NCBI GenBank assembly: GCA_905178155.1
Contig: CAJINV010000022.1
Span: forward strand, 1 to 64,000
Origin: Amoebophrya sp. A120
Taxonomy: Eukaryota; Protista; Dinoflagellata
Reading direction: 5' to 3'
Length of the DNA stretch: 64,000 nt
Shown here: positions 1 to 13,864 of the stretch, piece by piece
Numbering within the stretch: position 1 is the stretch's first letter
How the letters are laid out: each line of letters begins with the position of its first letter
Notes under the pieces: generated by a model
The model's input: the letters and a program-made list of their open reading frames with translations, nothing else
Databases searched by the model: none
What the model was told of the DNA's origin: nothing
Position numbers and translations under genes: made by a program

Positions 1-109
1 AAAAAAAAAAATATGATACAACTTTTTCCGTTTTGATCAGCGTGCTTAGAAGCACGGCCTTTGCAGGGTTGAGAGGCATATATTTTTCGACATCATGCCA
101 CTCGAATAG

Positions 110-349
110 TTGCGATGCATAAAAGCGATGTTAGGTCGGAACACCGGGTCCCCGAGCGGTAGCTCGGCTAGTTTTGGGCTTCCGACTACGCCGACGACTA
201 CTACTGGCGCTTCGAGTTCGGCTAGTTCTGGATTACCGACTACCCCGACGACTACTACCGGCGCTTCGAGTGGGGACGTGCCGATGGTGAACGCTGAAGA
301 GGCAGAAAATATCTTGGCTGGCGGCGGAAGAATGAAGGATGAGAATTGA
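110..349 (+). CDS. Probable coding exon with an 18-aa Ser/Thr/Pro duplication; gene model unresolved
   Basis: 54-bp tandem duplication (161-271) differs mostly at synonymous positions (SSAS[F/S]GLPTTPTTTTGAS x2). Confidence 0.35.
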   Translation: MRCIKAMLGRNTGSPSGSSASFGLPTTPTTTTGASSSASSGLPTTPTTTTGASSGDVPMVNAEEAENILAGGGRMKDEN

Positions 350-2791
350 GTATGATCAGGCGAATAGAAAACGTCAGGAAGTCACACAGAAATACTTTTT
401 TTTTCGTCTAGACATGGGTGTACGACAGTGACATGTACTACCACCGTCGAGATATGAGTGTAGCTGTGTAAAGGATTTCAGGTGCACGAAATGTATATGC
501 ATTATTGTAGTGGGGACTTGCTCTACAATTCGAATGATAGACGAAGACTTCTGTAGTGTTGTAGAAGTATTCGAAATACCATCGTGCGGATTTAGTGTTT
601 TTTTATAGAAAAAAGAAGAATTTTAGAGTTCGCCCTATCGAACATAGAAATCACAGCGGTTTTTTTTTTGCATTAGCGAGCTCAGGTATCTGAGCGGTAT
701 TGTGCTAGATGAAGAGTCTTGAGAAGAATTTTTTCTTCAACCGCGAACTTCAAACCACGTATGACATTCCCGTGGACACGGAGGTGCAGTAGAGGTGCAA
801 CGCACTTACTTTGTTGACTGAGAACATTTCGATGTGAAACGTGTCGGTACGAATTTTCATCGGATAACTACACGCCACGGTAGGAAGGAACTTCTGCATG
901 TATACAAAATCGATCCGATCTTCACGACATTGGCCTGCGCTCTATTCTGGGTGGCGCGCGATGTGTTCAGCTTGAACTTCAGCGGAGGAATTGCGTGGAT
1001 AAGAGAATCTGCCCGAGTGAATGAAATGTAGTTCGTGAGGGTGTGCGAAAGTGTACGGCTGTGAGGTATATTGAAGGTCGACATTAGTTCGAAGTCGAGT
1101 GAATTAGTGGATCGATGTCCGCGAGTGAAAAATAGAAACTCTCGACGATATTTTCGACGAAAGAGTACCAAGGATGTATCGCAATTTTACACCGATGATG
1201 AAAATTCGTTCGACGTTGGCAACGATCAGGCGGAGCACAAAATAGAAATTTATGAGTGAAAAAATAAAGAAAAGGAGTTCCGACATATTTTACAACTTGA
1301 AGATGTGAGCCATAATGTAAATGTCCTCCCACTATAGAAAAATAGCTTCTCGTTCTTATTTTCAAAGTCATCGGAAAAACATTACGTGGGCCATTCAATC
1401 ACGCCAACAGGGATTCGAAAGTTGTGTCAACAGGTCAAAGAAAATGTCTGAAACCGAACAGAAAGCCGCCACCACTTTGAAGCGAAAAACTTCGCCGGTG
1501 TTAGACACGGAACAGGCCGCGCCGCCTCTGAAAACGAAAGATGAAGATGCTGACGGGGCCGAACTATCACTGAAGATGCAAGATGGAAAGGTACAAATTG
1601 AACTGTTGGACTGTGTAGAAATTTTCTTAATCGTTGCTGGCATTGAAAAAGTTGCGACGGAACAATAGAAAATTATTACAGTTGCTTCTCATAGAGGAGT
1701 TGCATGCTGAAAGTATTTTTGTATGACAGTGAGCTCGATTCATCGTAGCAAATGATTAAACACTACAGATGGAGAAACCACCAAAGTCACCTCCGACGGC
1801 CGCAGCGCCAGACTCCGAGGCGATGACCGCGATGACGGAGTCGGTGGAGATGATCCGCGACCTTCTGGAGCCGGCCACGCCGGAGGAGTCGGCTGATGTT
1901 GTTGACGACGATGCCCGAAAAACTCCCACCACCGGCGTCGAGTCGACGCTCCGACTGAACGATCCGGATTTTGAGTTGTACTCACCGGTCGCGAAGCGAC
2001 CCCGTTGCGACAGCACGGAGTAGATGGCTACTGTGAATGTAAACAATGCTTCGAAAGTCATGCGTACGTAGGTACGAATGCGAGACTCGGACGACCGTCG
2101 TCGTTCGGTGAATGTGTATGAAATGAACATGCTGGAGGCACACAATATACTGAACTTTCATCGACCTGATTTTTTTGATCTGCGTTGGGGTGATTCCTGG
2201 CGCACGTATTTGTTCTTCTAGTCGTCAATGCATCGACTCGCGATAGGACGAATGGCACAGAAAATATATTCTGCATAGTAGACAATGGCTGGGATCTAAA
2301 AAAGACATAGCCTTCTTGCAATATCGCACTTCTTACCATCAATTTGTCTCGTGCATGTTCTCAAATTGTGCGACACGCCCGGGTGGATCAGATATAACAC
2401 GACGATGCGAGGCTTTGGAAGCAGACGTGATGACCATTCGATCTCTAGTAGGATGCTAGTATGATGATGAAAGTCGTTCACGCCATGTTTATCGTTTTAA
2501 ACTCACGACGACATGAAATTTGTAAGATTTGAAAAATTCGTTCTCGCTTGGATCGTGATCGAAAATTCGTCAGATGGTCGTAAGAGCAAGGTCATCGTAA
2601 TCATACAGGTGGCGAAAAAACGCGAAGTTTCGTCATCGTGACTCAAATAAGATGCGAAATCCTCTTGCTTACTAAAACGTGCATGTGTATCGATCAACGG
2701 CGAGTAGACATCGTAGTGAGTTTGGTAATATTTTTTCAGGGTTTTCGCGACGGCTAGCTGTAGTTCGACGTTTGTTAGATTTGTCAGAAGA

Positions 2792-3076
2792 ATGGAAGAT
2801 AGTCCCTCGTCCACCTCGCCCGCGGCTGGTGATGCCAGCACGCAATCGGGGAACAAAGCCGCGACTACTAACGATGAAAACGACAGCGACTTCTTTGCTC
2901 CCATCGCCATGCGCGACGGAGTTCCCATGGTCAAGGAGTATGCTTGTTCCGAATGCGGCGCCGTTTTCCCCACATTGATGGATCATCAATGTTACCACGA
3001 ACGCCGCGGATTTGACCACGCGGCACTCTATTTTTCAGCTTGGAGCAGTACGGGTTTTACATCTTTCGCCTTTTAG
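2792..3076 (+). CDS. Exon/ORF with a C2H2 zinc-finger-like motif
   Basis: YACSECGAVFPTLMDHQCYH = C-x2-C-x12-H-x3-H-like spacing. Confidence 0.4.
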   Translation: MEDSPSSTSPAAGDASTQSGNKAATTNDENDSDFFAPIAMRDGVPMVKEYACSECGAVFPTLMDHQCYHERRGFDHAALYFSAWSSTGFTSFAF

Positions 3077-6000
3077 TTTTTGGAATTAGCTCGGAGTGAG
3101 AGTGGAAGTCAACAAATCTCTGGTGGTGTGATTTCGCAATTATTATCTACATAACCACACCATAAAATTTTCGCAGGTTGAAGAAGTTTGGACGGAAGAC
3201 CTTCCGGACGGGTTTGCATTGTGCCACGACTACAATGCGGCTGCGACTCTCAGTGCTCACCTCGATGGAGATCGGTCCACGAATCCAGGACCATCGGTAC
3301 ATTAGTTGAAGTCAGAGTGTTGATGATGTTCATAATGCGTCGATGTTTATAAAATTTATTGCTCTACTGCGTGTTCTACTTTGTAAAAACGTAAACGCCG
3401 GTCGAGAATTAGTCCGCAGCGGTACACCGAGGTTAGAAGTTGCGTGTGCAATTGCATCCATCATTACAGCATTGATCCATGCGTGAGCGATGGAACAAAC
3501 CACATCAGCTCCCGATTTCCAAAGTTCGCGCTGCTGAATATGAAGGGAATATCTTCGGAGGATCGGTCGCCAAGCCGACGGATCAGGGGAACGGTAAGAA
3601 CGTGCAACCGGTCGTAACTGCGAAGGCTGAAGAAGGCAAAACCCGGATCGTCAATTTTTTAGGACGGGAAGTGGAAAATCAATGTCGCGGGGCTGGATGC
3701 ACACCTAGTTCGAAATGCGATCCCTGCATTTTTGAAGAAAAATTCATCCTGTGCCCGTCGGCAGACGACCGTGCTCGTGTAGAACGTGCCACTGCTCGCC
3801 TACGCCAGACGGACCGCAAGCCGTCGGAAGATGCTCCAGCAGAGCCCGCATCTTCGAATTGGGAAGATCTGTACGATGATCAGGAGCTGGATGATTTGAC
3901 GTCTGGGTGGTATGGAGTTGCACTCTCCATCCGCAGGTCAGGAAAGATTGACTAAGACCAAGCGTACCTGTTGTCGAAGATAGCAACTTGTACTATGAAA
4001 CAACTTTTCGTTCTTTCATTCTTCTGATGAACTACTAACTGACCACAGAAAATCAAAAGGCAAGCCTGACGATCAGCGTGCTACAGAAAGCGGGCCGTTT
4101 GCTACTGCTCGCGTCAATTAGCGCGTGGTGTTCGCGATGCAGTTCATCGGTCGGAGGAGAGGAACTCGAGGCGGTTCGGTCTTGGTTGAATGCTTCGAAA
4201 AGAAAACTACGAATTTTTGCTATTTCAATGTTCCACCACCTTTCATATAAAATAGATCACAACGGAAGAATTCGGTATCACATTATAGATGAGCCACACT
4301 GAGGCCAACTAAAAAAAATTTGAAAAAGATGAAGACGATGAAGTTCATTGGCAGTTTGCAAAACGAAGAAGAGCACACTTAGGATTTTTTTTTCTGAGGT
4401 TGTAGGGATCTGGATCTGGAGTGAATTTTCGCTTGGCGAAAAACAAAACATGTGCTGCGTGTGTCGCAATGACAGTCTGTATCATCTATGCGAAAAAGAA
4501 GCCGATAAATTTTGCGATTACTCACTCACCAAAATATCAAAGTGTAGCTCTCATTCCAGGCTTATTAGAAAGTGCTCGCTTGTCGTTGTGCAAGATTGTA
4601 TCGTGATCTTATAATTTGTTTGTTCTTTTCATGTAGTTCTACTTGCGATTGATCTCATATATGGTACCGCCCACAGCTCGGAACATTGTCACTCTTTTTG
4701 AGTTGAAAATTTGATGTGAAATAATATCAACCCGACGGACTACTACTTTTGCAATGACGACACGAAGTAAATACTCGCGAAAGGATCAGGTGCTGACACT
4801 TCGGTCAGATGTAATGTGCCACCGTGTCACTTCCAGTAATCCGGGTCGGGGCGTGCCTCGTAGCGAATACATTTGGGTCGGCGATAGCTACGGAGTGACC
4901 GTCCAGAGTACGCGGTACATCACTTCCTGTATCGAAGAAAAACCGTGCCAGTGTAATCTTTTTTTTGTTGGCAGCAGCATCACTTTGTTTGAGATGACCG
5001 AGGAAGCCCAACGTGGGTGGTTTGTAGAGAACACACATATGAAGAAGAGCGCCACAGCTGCGTACTATCAGATACAAAAACCACGCACGATCTGTAATTC
5101 ATTTTATACATGTATCGTTTTTCTTTGGGAAGTTCCGGTTTCTTGTTTCTCAACGGCCACGTAACCAACGACCGGAACAACGACGCGAAATTCTTCTGGC
5201 TAGCGGAATCTGGTACGTTCAATCATGGCGTAGTGGTAAGTATCCGCTAGTCTACCACTGCGGCATCACGGAGGAGTATGCGGCTGCCGTGCGGGAAGCC
5301 TTTCAACATGTTCGATTTATCGACCTGAAGACCGTGCCTTCGTTTCATTTTAGTTGATTGTCATGCCGCAAGTTTCCTGTGTTCATAATTTTGAAATAAT
5401 TTTGAAGTAACACGTAGGCATGAAATTAAGGCCGGGTTTTCGTCGATACGTCCTGACATATACCTTTTTGATGGGGAATCGTTGTGACAGAAATAGTGAA
5501 TTGAAGGTATCAAGGTGAACGCGCTCCAGGAAACGTCTGAAGTTGTGTGAAAGATGAAAATCACATAAAGTCGAGGGAACGGATGAGATTTTTCGTATAA
5601 ACAATAAAGTCCCCCACTTGAATCACGAAAGCAAAAGCACCGGCGGAAGGTGATGGAGCGCGGGAGGGAGGGGGCGGGGGGCGGGCCACGGGCCTCGGAT
5701 GTTCTTATATTTGCCTTTATTCTTGACGTGTCCAGCTTCCATCGTCGAAACAGAAAGAGATAGTCTGCGGTTTATCTACTTTTGTTGTTGTGTGAAGTCT
5801 CCGCCTCCCTGGGCGGTATACAAATACAGGTTTGGACTTCTTGCATCAAGAGGATCATTCGTAACATCTTCATTGAAAAACAACAAAGATCAAAAAAAAA
5901 AATTCTTGGCAGGAGTATTCAGTCTTCAAACAGGTTGACGCGTTATGATTTTCTTAGTGCGGGGGGCCCACGCCCCCCCCCGCCCCCCCTCCACCCGTAT

Positions 6001-6251
6001 TTTAAGATTTGAGATTGAGATCTGATATCTAAGATTTGAGCTTGAGATTCGATAGATGACCTGCGATGTGTTTAAGATGTTTTAAGATTTGAGATTGAGA
6101 TAAGATTTGATAATTAAGATTTTTTAAGATATAAGATTGAAATAAGATTTGAGATTGGAATAAGATTTGATAGATCATCTGAGATCGATTTAAGATTTCT
6201 TAAGATTTGAGATCGAGGTGAAGAATTAAGATTTGGATTGTGAATCAGATT
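6001..6251. repeat. Degenerate AT-rich satellite (TAAGATTTGAGAT-like units) on the left side of the gap
   Basis: Many imperfect taagatt/gagatt units running into the N run. Confidence 0.8.
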
Positions 6252-7206
6252 NNNNNNNNNNNNNNNNNNNNNNNNNNNNNNNNNNNNNNNNNNNNNNNNN
6301 NNNNNNNNNNNNNNNNNNNNNNNNNNNNNNNNNNNNNNNNNNNNNNNNNNNNNNNNNNNNNNNNNNNNNNNNNNNNNNNNNNNNNNNNNNNNNNNNNNNN
6401 NNNNNNNNNNNNNNNNNNNNNNNNNNNNNNNNNNNNNNNNNNNNNNNNNNNNNNNNNNNNNNNNNNNNNNNNNNNNNNNNNNNNNNNNNNNNNNNNNNNN
6501 NNNNNNNNNNNNNNNNNNNNNNNNNNNNNNNNNNNNNNNNNNNNNNNNNNNNNNNNNNNNNNNNNNNNNNNNNNNNNNNNNNNNNNNNNNNNNNNNNNNN
6601 NNNNNNNNNNNNNNNNNNNNNNNNNNNNNNNNNNNNNNNNNNNNNNNNNNNNNNNNNNNNNNNNNNNNNNNNNNNNNNNNNNNNNNNNNNNNNNNNNNNN
6701 NNNNNNNNNNNNNNNNNNNNNNNNNNNNNNNNNNNNNNNNNNNNNNNNNNNNNNNNNNNNNNNNNNNNNNNNNNNNNNNNNNNNNNNNNNNNNNNNNNNN
6801 NNNNNNNNNNNNNNNNNNNNNNNNNNNNNNNNNNNNNNNNNNNNNNNNNNNNNNNNNNNNNNNNNNNNNNNNNNNNNNNNNNNNNNNNNNNNNNNNNNNN
6901 NNNNNNNNNNNNNNNNNNNNNNNNNNNNNNNNNNNNNNNNNNNNNNNNNNNNNNNNNNNNNNNNNNNNNNNNNNNNNNNNNNNNNNNNNNNNNNNNNNNN
7001 NNNNNNNNNNNNNNNNNNNNNNNNNNNNNNNNNNNNNNNNNNNNNNNNNNNNNNNNNNNNNNNNNNNNNNNNNNNNNNNNNNNNNNNNNNNNNNNNNNNN
7101 NNNNNNNNNNNNNNNNNNNNNNNNNNNNNNNNNNNNNNNNNNNNNNNNNNNNNNNNNNNNNNNNNNNNNNNNNNNNNNNNNNNNNNNNNNNNNNNNNNNN
7201 NNNNNN
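6252..7206. other. Assembly gap (955 N)
   Basis: Run of n. Confidence 1.
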
Positions 7207-7343
7207 TTGAACTATTCAATTTGAACTATTCACGAAATTGAACTATTCAATTTGAATTATTCACGAAATTGAACTATTCAATTTGAACTATTCACGAAAT
7301 TGAACTATTCAATTTGAATTATTCACGAAATTGAACTATTCGT
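7207..7343. repeat. 31-bp tandem repeat (TTGAACTATTCAAT+TTGAAYTATTCACGAAA) with 62-bp higher-order alternation
   Basis: About 4.4 copies visible; C/T alternates between units. Confidence 0.9.
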
Positions 7344-7367
7344 GAGTCTTGCGATAAAATTGTAGAT

Positions 7368-7766
7368 ATGACTATCAATATTATCAATCCAGCTGTGGGA
7401 AATACAAATACTAGAAAGCCTACTTCGCAGGACAAGAAGCAGCGGCTGAATACCGCAAGACATCCCTCGCGCGTCGCACCTCTGATCGAGCAATTTCTGG
7501 AAGAAGGTGGAGGTCGTGGGGGAGGCGATGACGAAGTGATCATCCTCAGCAGCGACGACGAAGGAGGAGGACCTCCAGGGGGTGGAGGTGGAGGACCAGG
7601 AGGAAAAAATCGTAGAGCTGGCGGTAACAAAAACAAAAACAACGACGAAGTAATTTTCCTCAGTGACGACGATGAAGGACCTGGTGCTGGTGGTCCCGGC
7701 GGCGACACAAGGGGAGGACCAGGAGGGGATCGCAGACCTGCGGCGAAGAAACGAAAACTTATATGA
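7368..7766 (+). CDS. Small Gly-rich protein/exon with two SIM-like motifs and a C-terminal NLS-like motif
   Basis: DDEVIILSSDDE, DEVIFLSDDDE, PAAKKRKLI. Confidence 0.45.
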   Translation: MTINIINPAVGNTNTRKPTSQDKKQRLNTARHPSRVAPLIEQFLEEGGGRGGGDDEVIILSSDDEGGGPPGGGGGGPGGKNRRAGGNKNKNNDEVIFLSDDDEGPGAGGPGGDTRGGPGGDRRPAAKKRKLI

Positions 7767-9236
7767 CGGAGAATTTGAGGTGTTTTTTGACTGTCGTCTT
7801 CACATGACACAAGGTCACGAGATCCGACCACAATTTGAACAGCCTGGTAAACCGCTTCGACGCAAATTTTTATATCGCATACTTAACAAACCTAAACCTA
7901 TTTACAGTGATCTACCTAAACTTCTATTTTGATTTTACATTGCAATATATCGCATACTCAACAGAGTTTCTCAGCTCGATTACAAGGAAGCCAGCAAAGC
8001 ATAACGTCCCCCGGGTAAGATAGCAGTGACCCCCTGTAGAAAAAGTTGTAGTTGAAGTTCTTTGCTTACACTGAGAAGCGAGGAAACGTAAATGGTCCCT
8101 TGAAAGAAAAAAAGAATCAAATTTGTTCCCCATTTTCTATTTGGTTGATTCCCACCGGAGGAGAAAGAAGCTTTCTCGCAGCAAAAAGAGCCTTTATCTT
8201 CTTGAACCCCACATTTTTTTCCGATTCTCGAAGGAATAATTAACCGCTGGATATGTAAGATCACGAAGAAGCACCAAATAAAAAACTTTCGAAGAATCAA
8301 AGAGTTACCCCCAACGAAACGAACGCGACGGTTCCCACAGTGGCGGACATGGCGGTCAAAAAACCTGTCAAGCTCGCAAATCCTATTTGAAGATACAGTA
8401 ATAGCTCCAGTAGCTGAAAAATATGCCGCTCTGGGGAATGTGAAACTCCAGCGCAAGAGCAGGACGCTTTTTGGAAGCTATGTGTATGTCTGAGTTGGTT
8501 TTGTTCACCGTTGTAACGATCATGCAGGAACGGAAAATGATAATGAGGCTCGCACTTGAGAGTTCTAATAAAAATAATGTTAGTACTGGTCCTGCTGGTC
8601 ATTTGCAACATCCATGCGAAAGATCTAGACCTGACCATGAGATGAGACGAGATCGCGACCTGTACTTAGGATTTTCACGAGATCTATTTTCCGCGATCAT
8701 CAACATGCTTCACTGCATGGACAAACGTCAGCTAGATCATCCGGTTGTGCCTCGTGAAGAAGGAGAGCCAAGCATGGATGGATCCTTTCGTACTATGGAG
8801 AGTTCCCGAAGAATATTGACGTGAGCACGAGGGTCTGCTACGTCCAGTTGATGAAGAGTTTTCGTTCATGTCCTCCAGATCAAATCATCCTTCGGCCTTC
8901 GCAATTTTTATCAAGCACACAAAATGGTCCGTGAAAGATGGATCACAAAACCAGGCCGCTAGATCTACAACTTTATGAAGACAAGAAGTTTGTTTCCATC
9001 GCTTCGCTTACCACGCAGCACAGAGATAGCGGCAGGCAGACGCAGAGTTGTTTACTGTTAGCGATACTGACAATAATGCCTGAAAAAGTGCTACTTACTA
9101 GCGACTACATTTTTTGTTGTGCATAGAAATTTGTTTCCATAGCGGCCACTCAGGATATTAGTTAAGTACCCAGTACTTTGTTCTTCTTTTTCTTTATTTC
9201 ACGACCAAAAGACCAAGACGGTATCAAACTGACACT

Positions 9237-12200
9237 ATGAATTCCCCCTACCCCCACCAACACGACTACAGCGACGGCTCCCTTAGTGGTGGGCATGGCG
9301 GCAGTGATCCGAGGGAAGACGACGAGGACGATGATCCAGCGAACCGGTACAATACTCCCGAATACTACGAGGAACGTATGAGTGAATATAAACCTCCAGA
9401 AGAATTCGTTAAAACGATCCTCTCCCCGATCAAAGAGGAGAAGTCCGAAGAGGTGCGAGCCGCGCAAGACAGAACCTCTACGAGCCGAAGGAGTTTGTCG
9501 GCTAAGGAGCGTCGGAATAGCACAAATAATTCGCCGAAGAAAAGCGATGGAGCTTCTACATCAAGCAGCAGCAGTGTTCCCCGACGGGGAACGACGACGT
9601 CTATCCTGTGCAAAAGTATCGTACTCGTATGAATGGCAGTCTTGCATGGCAGATCTACCATTTTACCTCAATCAGCATTACAAATTCCATTTTTCCTTTT
9701 CCAAATTTTTTTCATGTTATTTGTACTAGTACGATAGTTTTGCAATGGATAACAGCGAGAAATGAGCTGTTGCTCAGAACCAACTCCAGAGGGGCGAGCA
9801 GCTCGCGGCTTAGCGACAGCAGCAGAAGGCTGAGTGAGGAAGGAGGAGGGGATGCTGATGGACAGCGGAATGACGACGGAGGAGAAGGAGCAGAGCAAGA
9901 GCGAGAAGAAGTACCTGAAGACGAGCATCTCGAGGAAGAAGTCCAAGTCGGTTCGGGCGGCGCTGACGCTATGGAGATTCAGGAGAAGATCACACCTCCA
10001 GTGGTAGAAGTGGACGAGGATGAAGTAGAGCGAGATAAGGGAGTGCGCGGCAACAACAGCCAGCAGCACGCTGCAGACGAAGCAGTTGTAGATACGTACG
10101 ACCAGGAAGATGTTCATATGGAGGACGTCGATAAAGAAAATGAGGCGGAAATATTGGAGCAATCTTCCTCCGGCTCCGGACCGCAACCGCAAGATGAAAG
10201 TTCTGCTAGCAGAAAGGACGACGAAGCGAGTGCTGTTGTTCCACATGTAGTTGACAAAGCTCAAGAGCTCGAGCAGCGTGATTCGTCATCGGAAAACGAG
10301 CAATCAAGGCAGAGGGAGAGCCGACGAGATGTTGAGCCTGCGTCAACTACAACAAATAACCCAGTTCGTCAGAACGTTGACCGTAAGACAAACGCACTAG
10401 AAAACGGCGAAAATAAACTACCACAAGCCACCACCAGCAGCAACAGCACGGGAAATAAAAATCACGACACTAAGCCCGATGTTGTGCCGCGTGCAAAGAA
10501 GCCAACCGCAACATCCACACCCCCGCAGCCAAAGAAGCCGCGAAGACTTCTGTGCAAAATTCCGATCCGCTTGAGTCATTTCAACAACCCGGGTTCGGGG
10601 AAAACGCTGGATCTGTTCAAGGCCCACTATCCCTGCAGGAATAAGAATTTACCGTTAGGTAGGGAGAAGGAATACTTGATGGCGATGGAGCTGTTGAAAG
10701 ACAAGAAGATGGCGCGGTTTGCGTACTTGAGGAAAAGCGAACAGGATTTTGTGGACGAAAAGGAAAACAACGAGATGTTGGCATCACAACAAACGGACCA
10801 ATTTTCCCAGTACATGAAGAAATTCGACAAATCCGACACGGTTCAATCCACCCTCCACGTGAACCCGGAATCCAAATACGTGAACTTAGGCAACCACATG
10901 TACTACCTGGGGTCCCGAACCGATTCTATGGGTATGAAGCCACGCGAGTACCGCGGGGGCGAGGGAACTGCGGGCAGTGGGGGAACTACGAGTACAACTT
11001 CTGGAGCGGGTAGCTCCTCATCTGCCACCAGCAGTTCCAGTAGTTCTACTCAGCCGACCTCCTCGTTCGCCACAGCAGTTAATACCAGCCAAGCGGGTCA
11101 AGTCTTCAACCCACGGAAGCACTTGGATTATGTGCCATCCCATTTGGAAAACACGATCCCCACCCAGGAATATTACGCGGGGCAAATCCGGAACGGCGTG
11201 ATGCATTTGACCCCGATCACGGGGGGGACCTGGCGGGTGAAACAGGACCAGGAGCATCTGGAGAACGAGCACTTGCTGAACCAAGCAGTGGAGTACTGCG
11301 GGCAGGAGTTGGAGCATTTGACGTCCTCGGGGGGGAATTCAACTCAAGGTGGTTCTTTCGGAGGAGTAGGACACCAGCACCAGCAAAGTCAACAATTATC
11401 CCAGGCGGAAAAGGATCGGAAGGCAGCGCAGGAGCCGTGGAACATCGTCAACAATGACTTGCACAATGACCCCTGGGTGAATCAACGGGTGTTTTCTCGA
11501 GAGGAATCGAAAGAGCTGATTCGGGAATATTTTGTTTCCGATCCACTGTCGAAGGCGACGGCGAGTACTTTTACTACTACAGAGACTACTGCTGGTCGTG
11601 GTGCTTCGGGAAACAAGAATGGCCCTAGTAGTTCGAGTTCTAGAGGTGCTGCAGGGGAGGTTACAACAGCAGTAACTCCTTCCAGTAATATTCCAGTCCC
11701 CCTACTTTTCCACAAAGCCAATTACCTCTCCAAAAAAGACGAGGGCACACGGGAGATTATCAAGTATAATTGCGAAGCGACTGTGAAAGAGGACTACTTC
11801 AAGCACAAGAACGACGAGTTTTTGAGGGAAAAACGGGTTTTCATCAACTTCTGGAAAGCGCTGACCAAGGGGAGGACAGAATTAGTAAAGCGGATGGGAG
11901 CGCCTTTGTATAAGCCACCGAAACCGAGGTCTACGCACTGCAGTGATTACGGGTTGGCGAAGTTATCCATCCGCGAGCAGATTATCGCGATCTCGTATTT
12001 TCACTGTCAAGAGTCTCCTGGATTACTACCCGCGGACTGGCCGTTTGTGTTGTGGTACAACTTACCGATCGCGACGAGGTATTTTCTACGGAACGTGAAC
12101 TTCAAATTCGGAGATTTTTTGTCCGACGGGGAGAAAAAGTGCTATGGGGTGCATGGAGTGGAGAAAAATGAGGATGATGATGATACAGACCAGGACGAGG

Positions 12201-13864
12201 AAGAAGACCACCACCTTATCGCGGAGGACAAGTCGAAGCCGATATTGTCCGAGCAAGAAGCGGCGCACTACTGCATGACAGAGTTCTTCTTCATGCTGGG
12301 GGCGAATATTGCGAACGGAGTTCTTGCACAAGGAGGTGTTGCTGGGAACAATGGTATGAAAGGAAGTAGCGGTGGTGGTGCAACAGGAAAAGGACTGCAA
12401 CAAAATTTCCCCGCCAACCCCGATTTGCAGCCGTACTGTGGGTGGCTGCTGAAATCGAGCTTCATGCAGCACCTGAGTGCGGACGAAAAAATGGTGCGGG
12501 ATTCCTTGATTCTGATGTTCATGTCCGCGCGAAGCAGAACCTCACAGATCGAGGGGTGGCGACGGAAGATGAGCACGCTTTACACTGCCGACACGATTGC
12601 GAAGGTATAGAAACTTTGGGTTTGACTGTGAAGAATGGATTTTGTCATACAGTTTGAGTTTGAAGAATGCCTTCTGTTATGCTGTGTTTTTCGATGGTGA
12701 ATAGGAAAAGGAATACTTAAGTACTTCGTTATATTACTTGCAAATTAGGCAAAAAATGTTCTGCAAAACTTCCCATTACAGATTGAGCGCGAGATGATTG
12801 CCTCTTACGAGTCGGACGCAGCCGGGGCGCAGCGAGCAACCTTGAAGCGGTACGACTATATCGATACCTGGGCGGACCCGCAGGTCTTGGAGAAATATTC
12901 GACGAAATTAGATAGCGTCAAGGCGAGCATTATCAAGCCCCTGAAAGAACGCGGGATGGCGGCCGGGAAACAAGGAAAAGGCGGGGCTCCTGGAGGAGCT
13001 GCAGGGAATAAACAACAAGGCAAGGCAGCCGGTAGTGGTGCTGGAATAAAGGGCGGTAAATTATCGGGGACGACTGCAGCAGGAGCGAAAGGAGGTGCGA
13101 AGGGACAGCAGATGACCACAGGAGAGGAACTACATCAAGACCAAGTAGACGCTCAGTCGAACATCTTCAAGAAAATTCGCTCCTTAAAGCTGCTCTTTGA
13201 CGTCCGTATGATCTTGGCTGACAGAGCATACAGCGAAGAAGAACTCATGAAGAAGCTGCAGCGGGAGTACCCAAATACCGCGATCACCATCCCCCTCCTC
13301 GAACAAGTCGTGAACCTCATCAATGACAAAGGGTACTACGAAAAGAGCGAGGGAATTTCTCTCACGCCTTTGTACCCAACCGATAAAGAAGACTTGATCG
13401 GGATCACAGAGTGCTTGACCATCAAGCCGGAAATGATGGAAAGGATGAAAAACGTCCACTACTTGTACCACACGGGCTTCGGAACCCACACTGGGTATAC
13501 CATGACGCCCTGGAAACTCTTCGACCAGTCCAAGCGGGTGTATTACTACAAGAAGTTTTCCGATCAAAGTTTCTGGTACAACCAAACGAAATACTTCAAA
13601 TTGATAAGGCAGTACGTCTTTGAATATTTCGACGAGTGTGGCGCGGGCGTGGAACAGGATGTGGTGAAGAAGATCAAGCGGAAGTTACCCGGGTTTGAGG
13701 TGTGTACTTTGGATCAGTTGGAAGAGATGGAAAAAAACGAAGGGAAGAAAGCTGAAAAATTTGACGGGTTGAAAATCTCCGCGTCCGACTTGCGGAGGCT
13801 GATTAACGAATTTGCGCAATGGAAAAACGGACTCTACATTTTTCACGGGTTTATTGGGAAATAA
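9237..13864 (+). CDS. POLR3E: RNA polymerase III subunit RPC5/Rpc37-like protein (about 1431 aa; 1 TIR intron and 1 GT-AG intron at 12605-12781)
   Basis: Removing 155 bp and 177 bp joins ORFs 9237, 9608 and 12794 in frame. KIPIRLSH..LFKAHYPCR, YYAGQIRNGVMHLTPI and DPWV resemble RPC5 motifs (recalled, not searched). Confidence 0.55.
9602..9751. mobile_element. TIR introner, family A (TATCCTGTGCAAAAGTATCGTACT)
   Basis: 24-bp imperfect TIR; TSD acgtc/acagc; removal restores frame. Confidence 0.85.

Noticed and set aside
5660-5996. G-rich and C-rich tracts forming a loose inverted pair or G-quadruplex
   Set aside because: Low complexity with no TSD or other support
6233-7241. Three ORFs of over 300 aa
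   Set aside because: Artefacts of the N gap
9608-9751. Start of the 1000-aa ORF
   Set aside because: It lies inside an introner; the plausible start is ATG 9237
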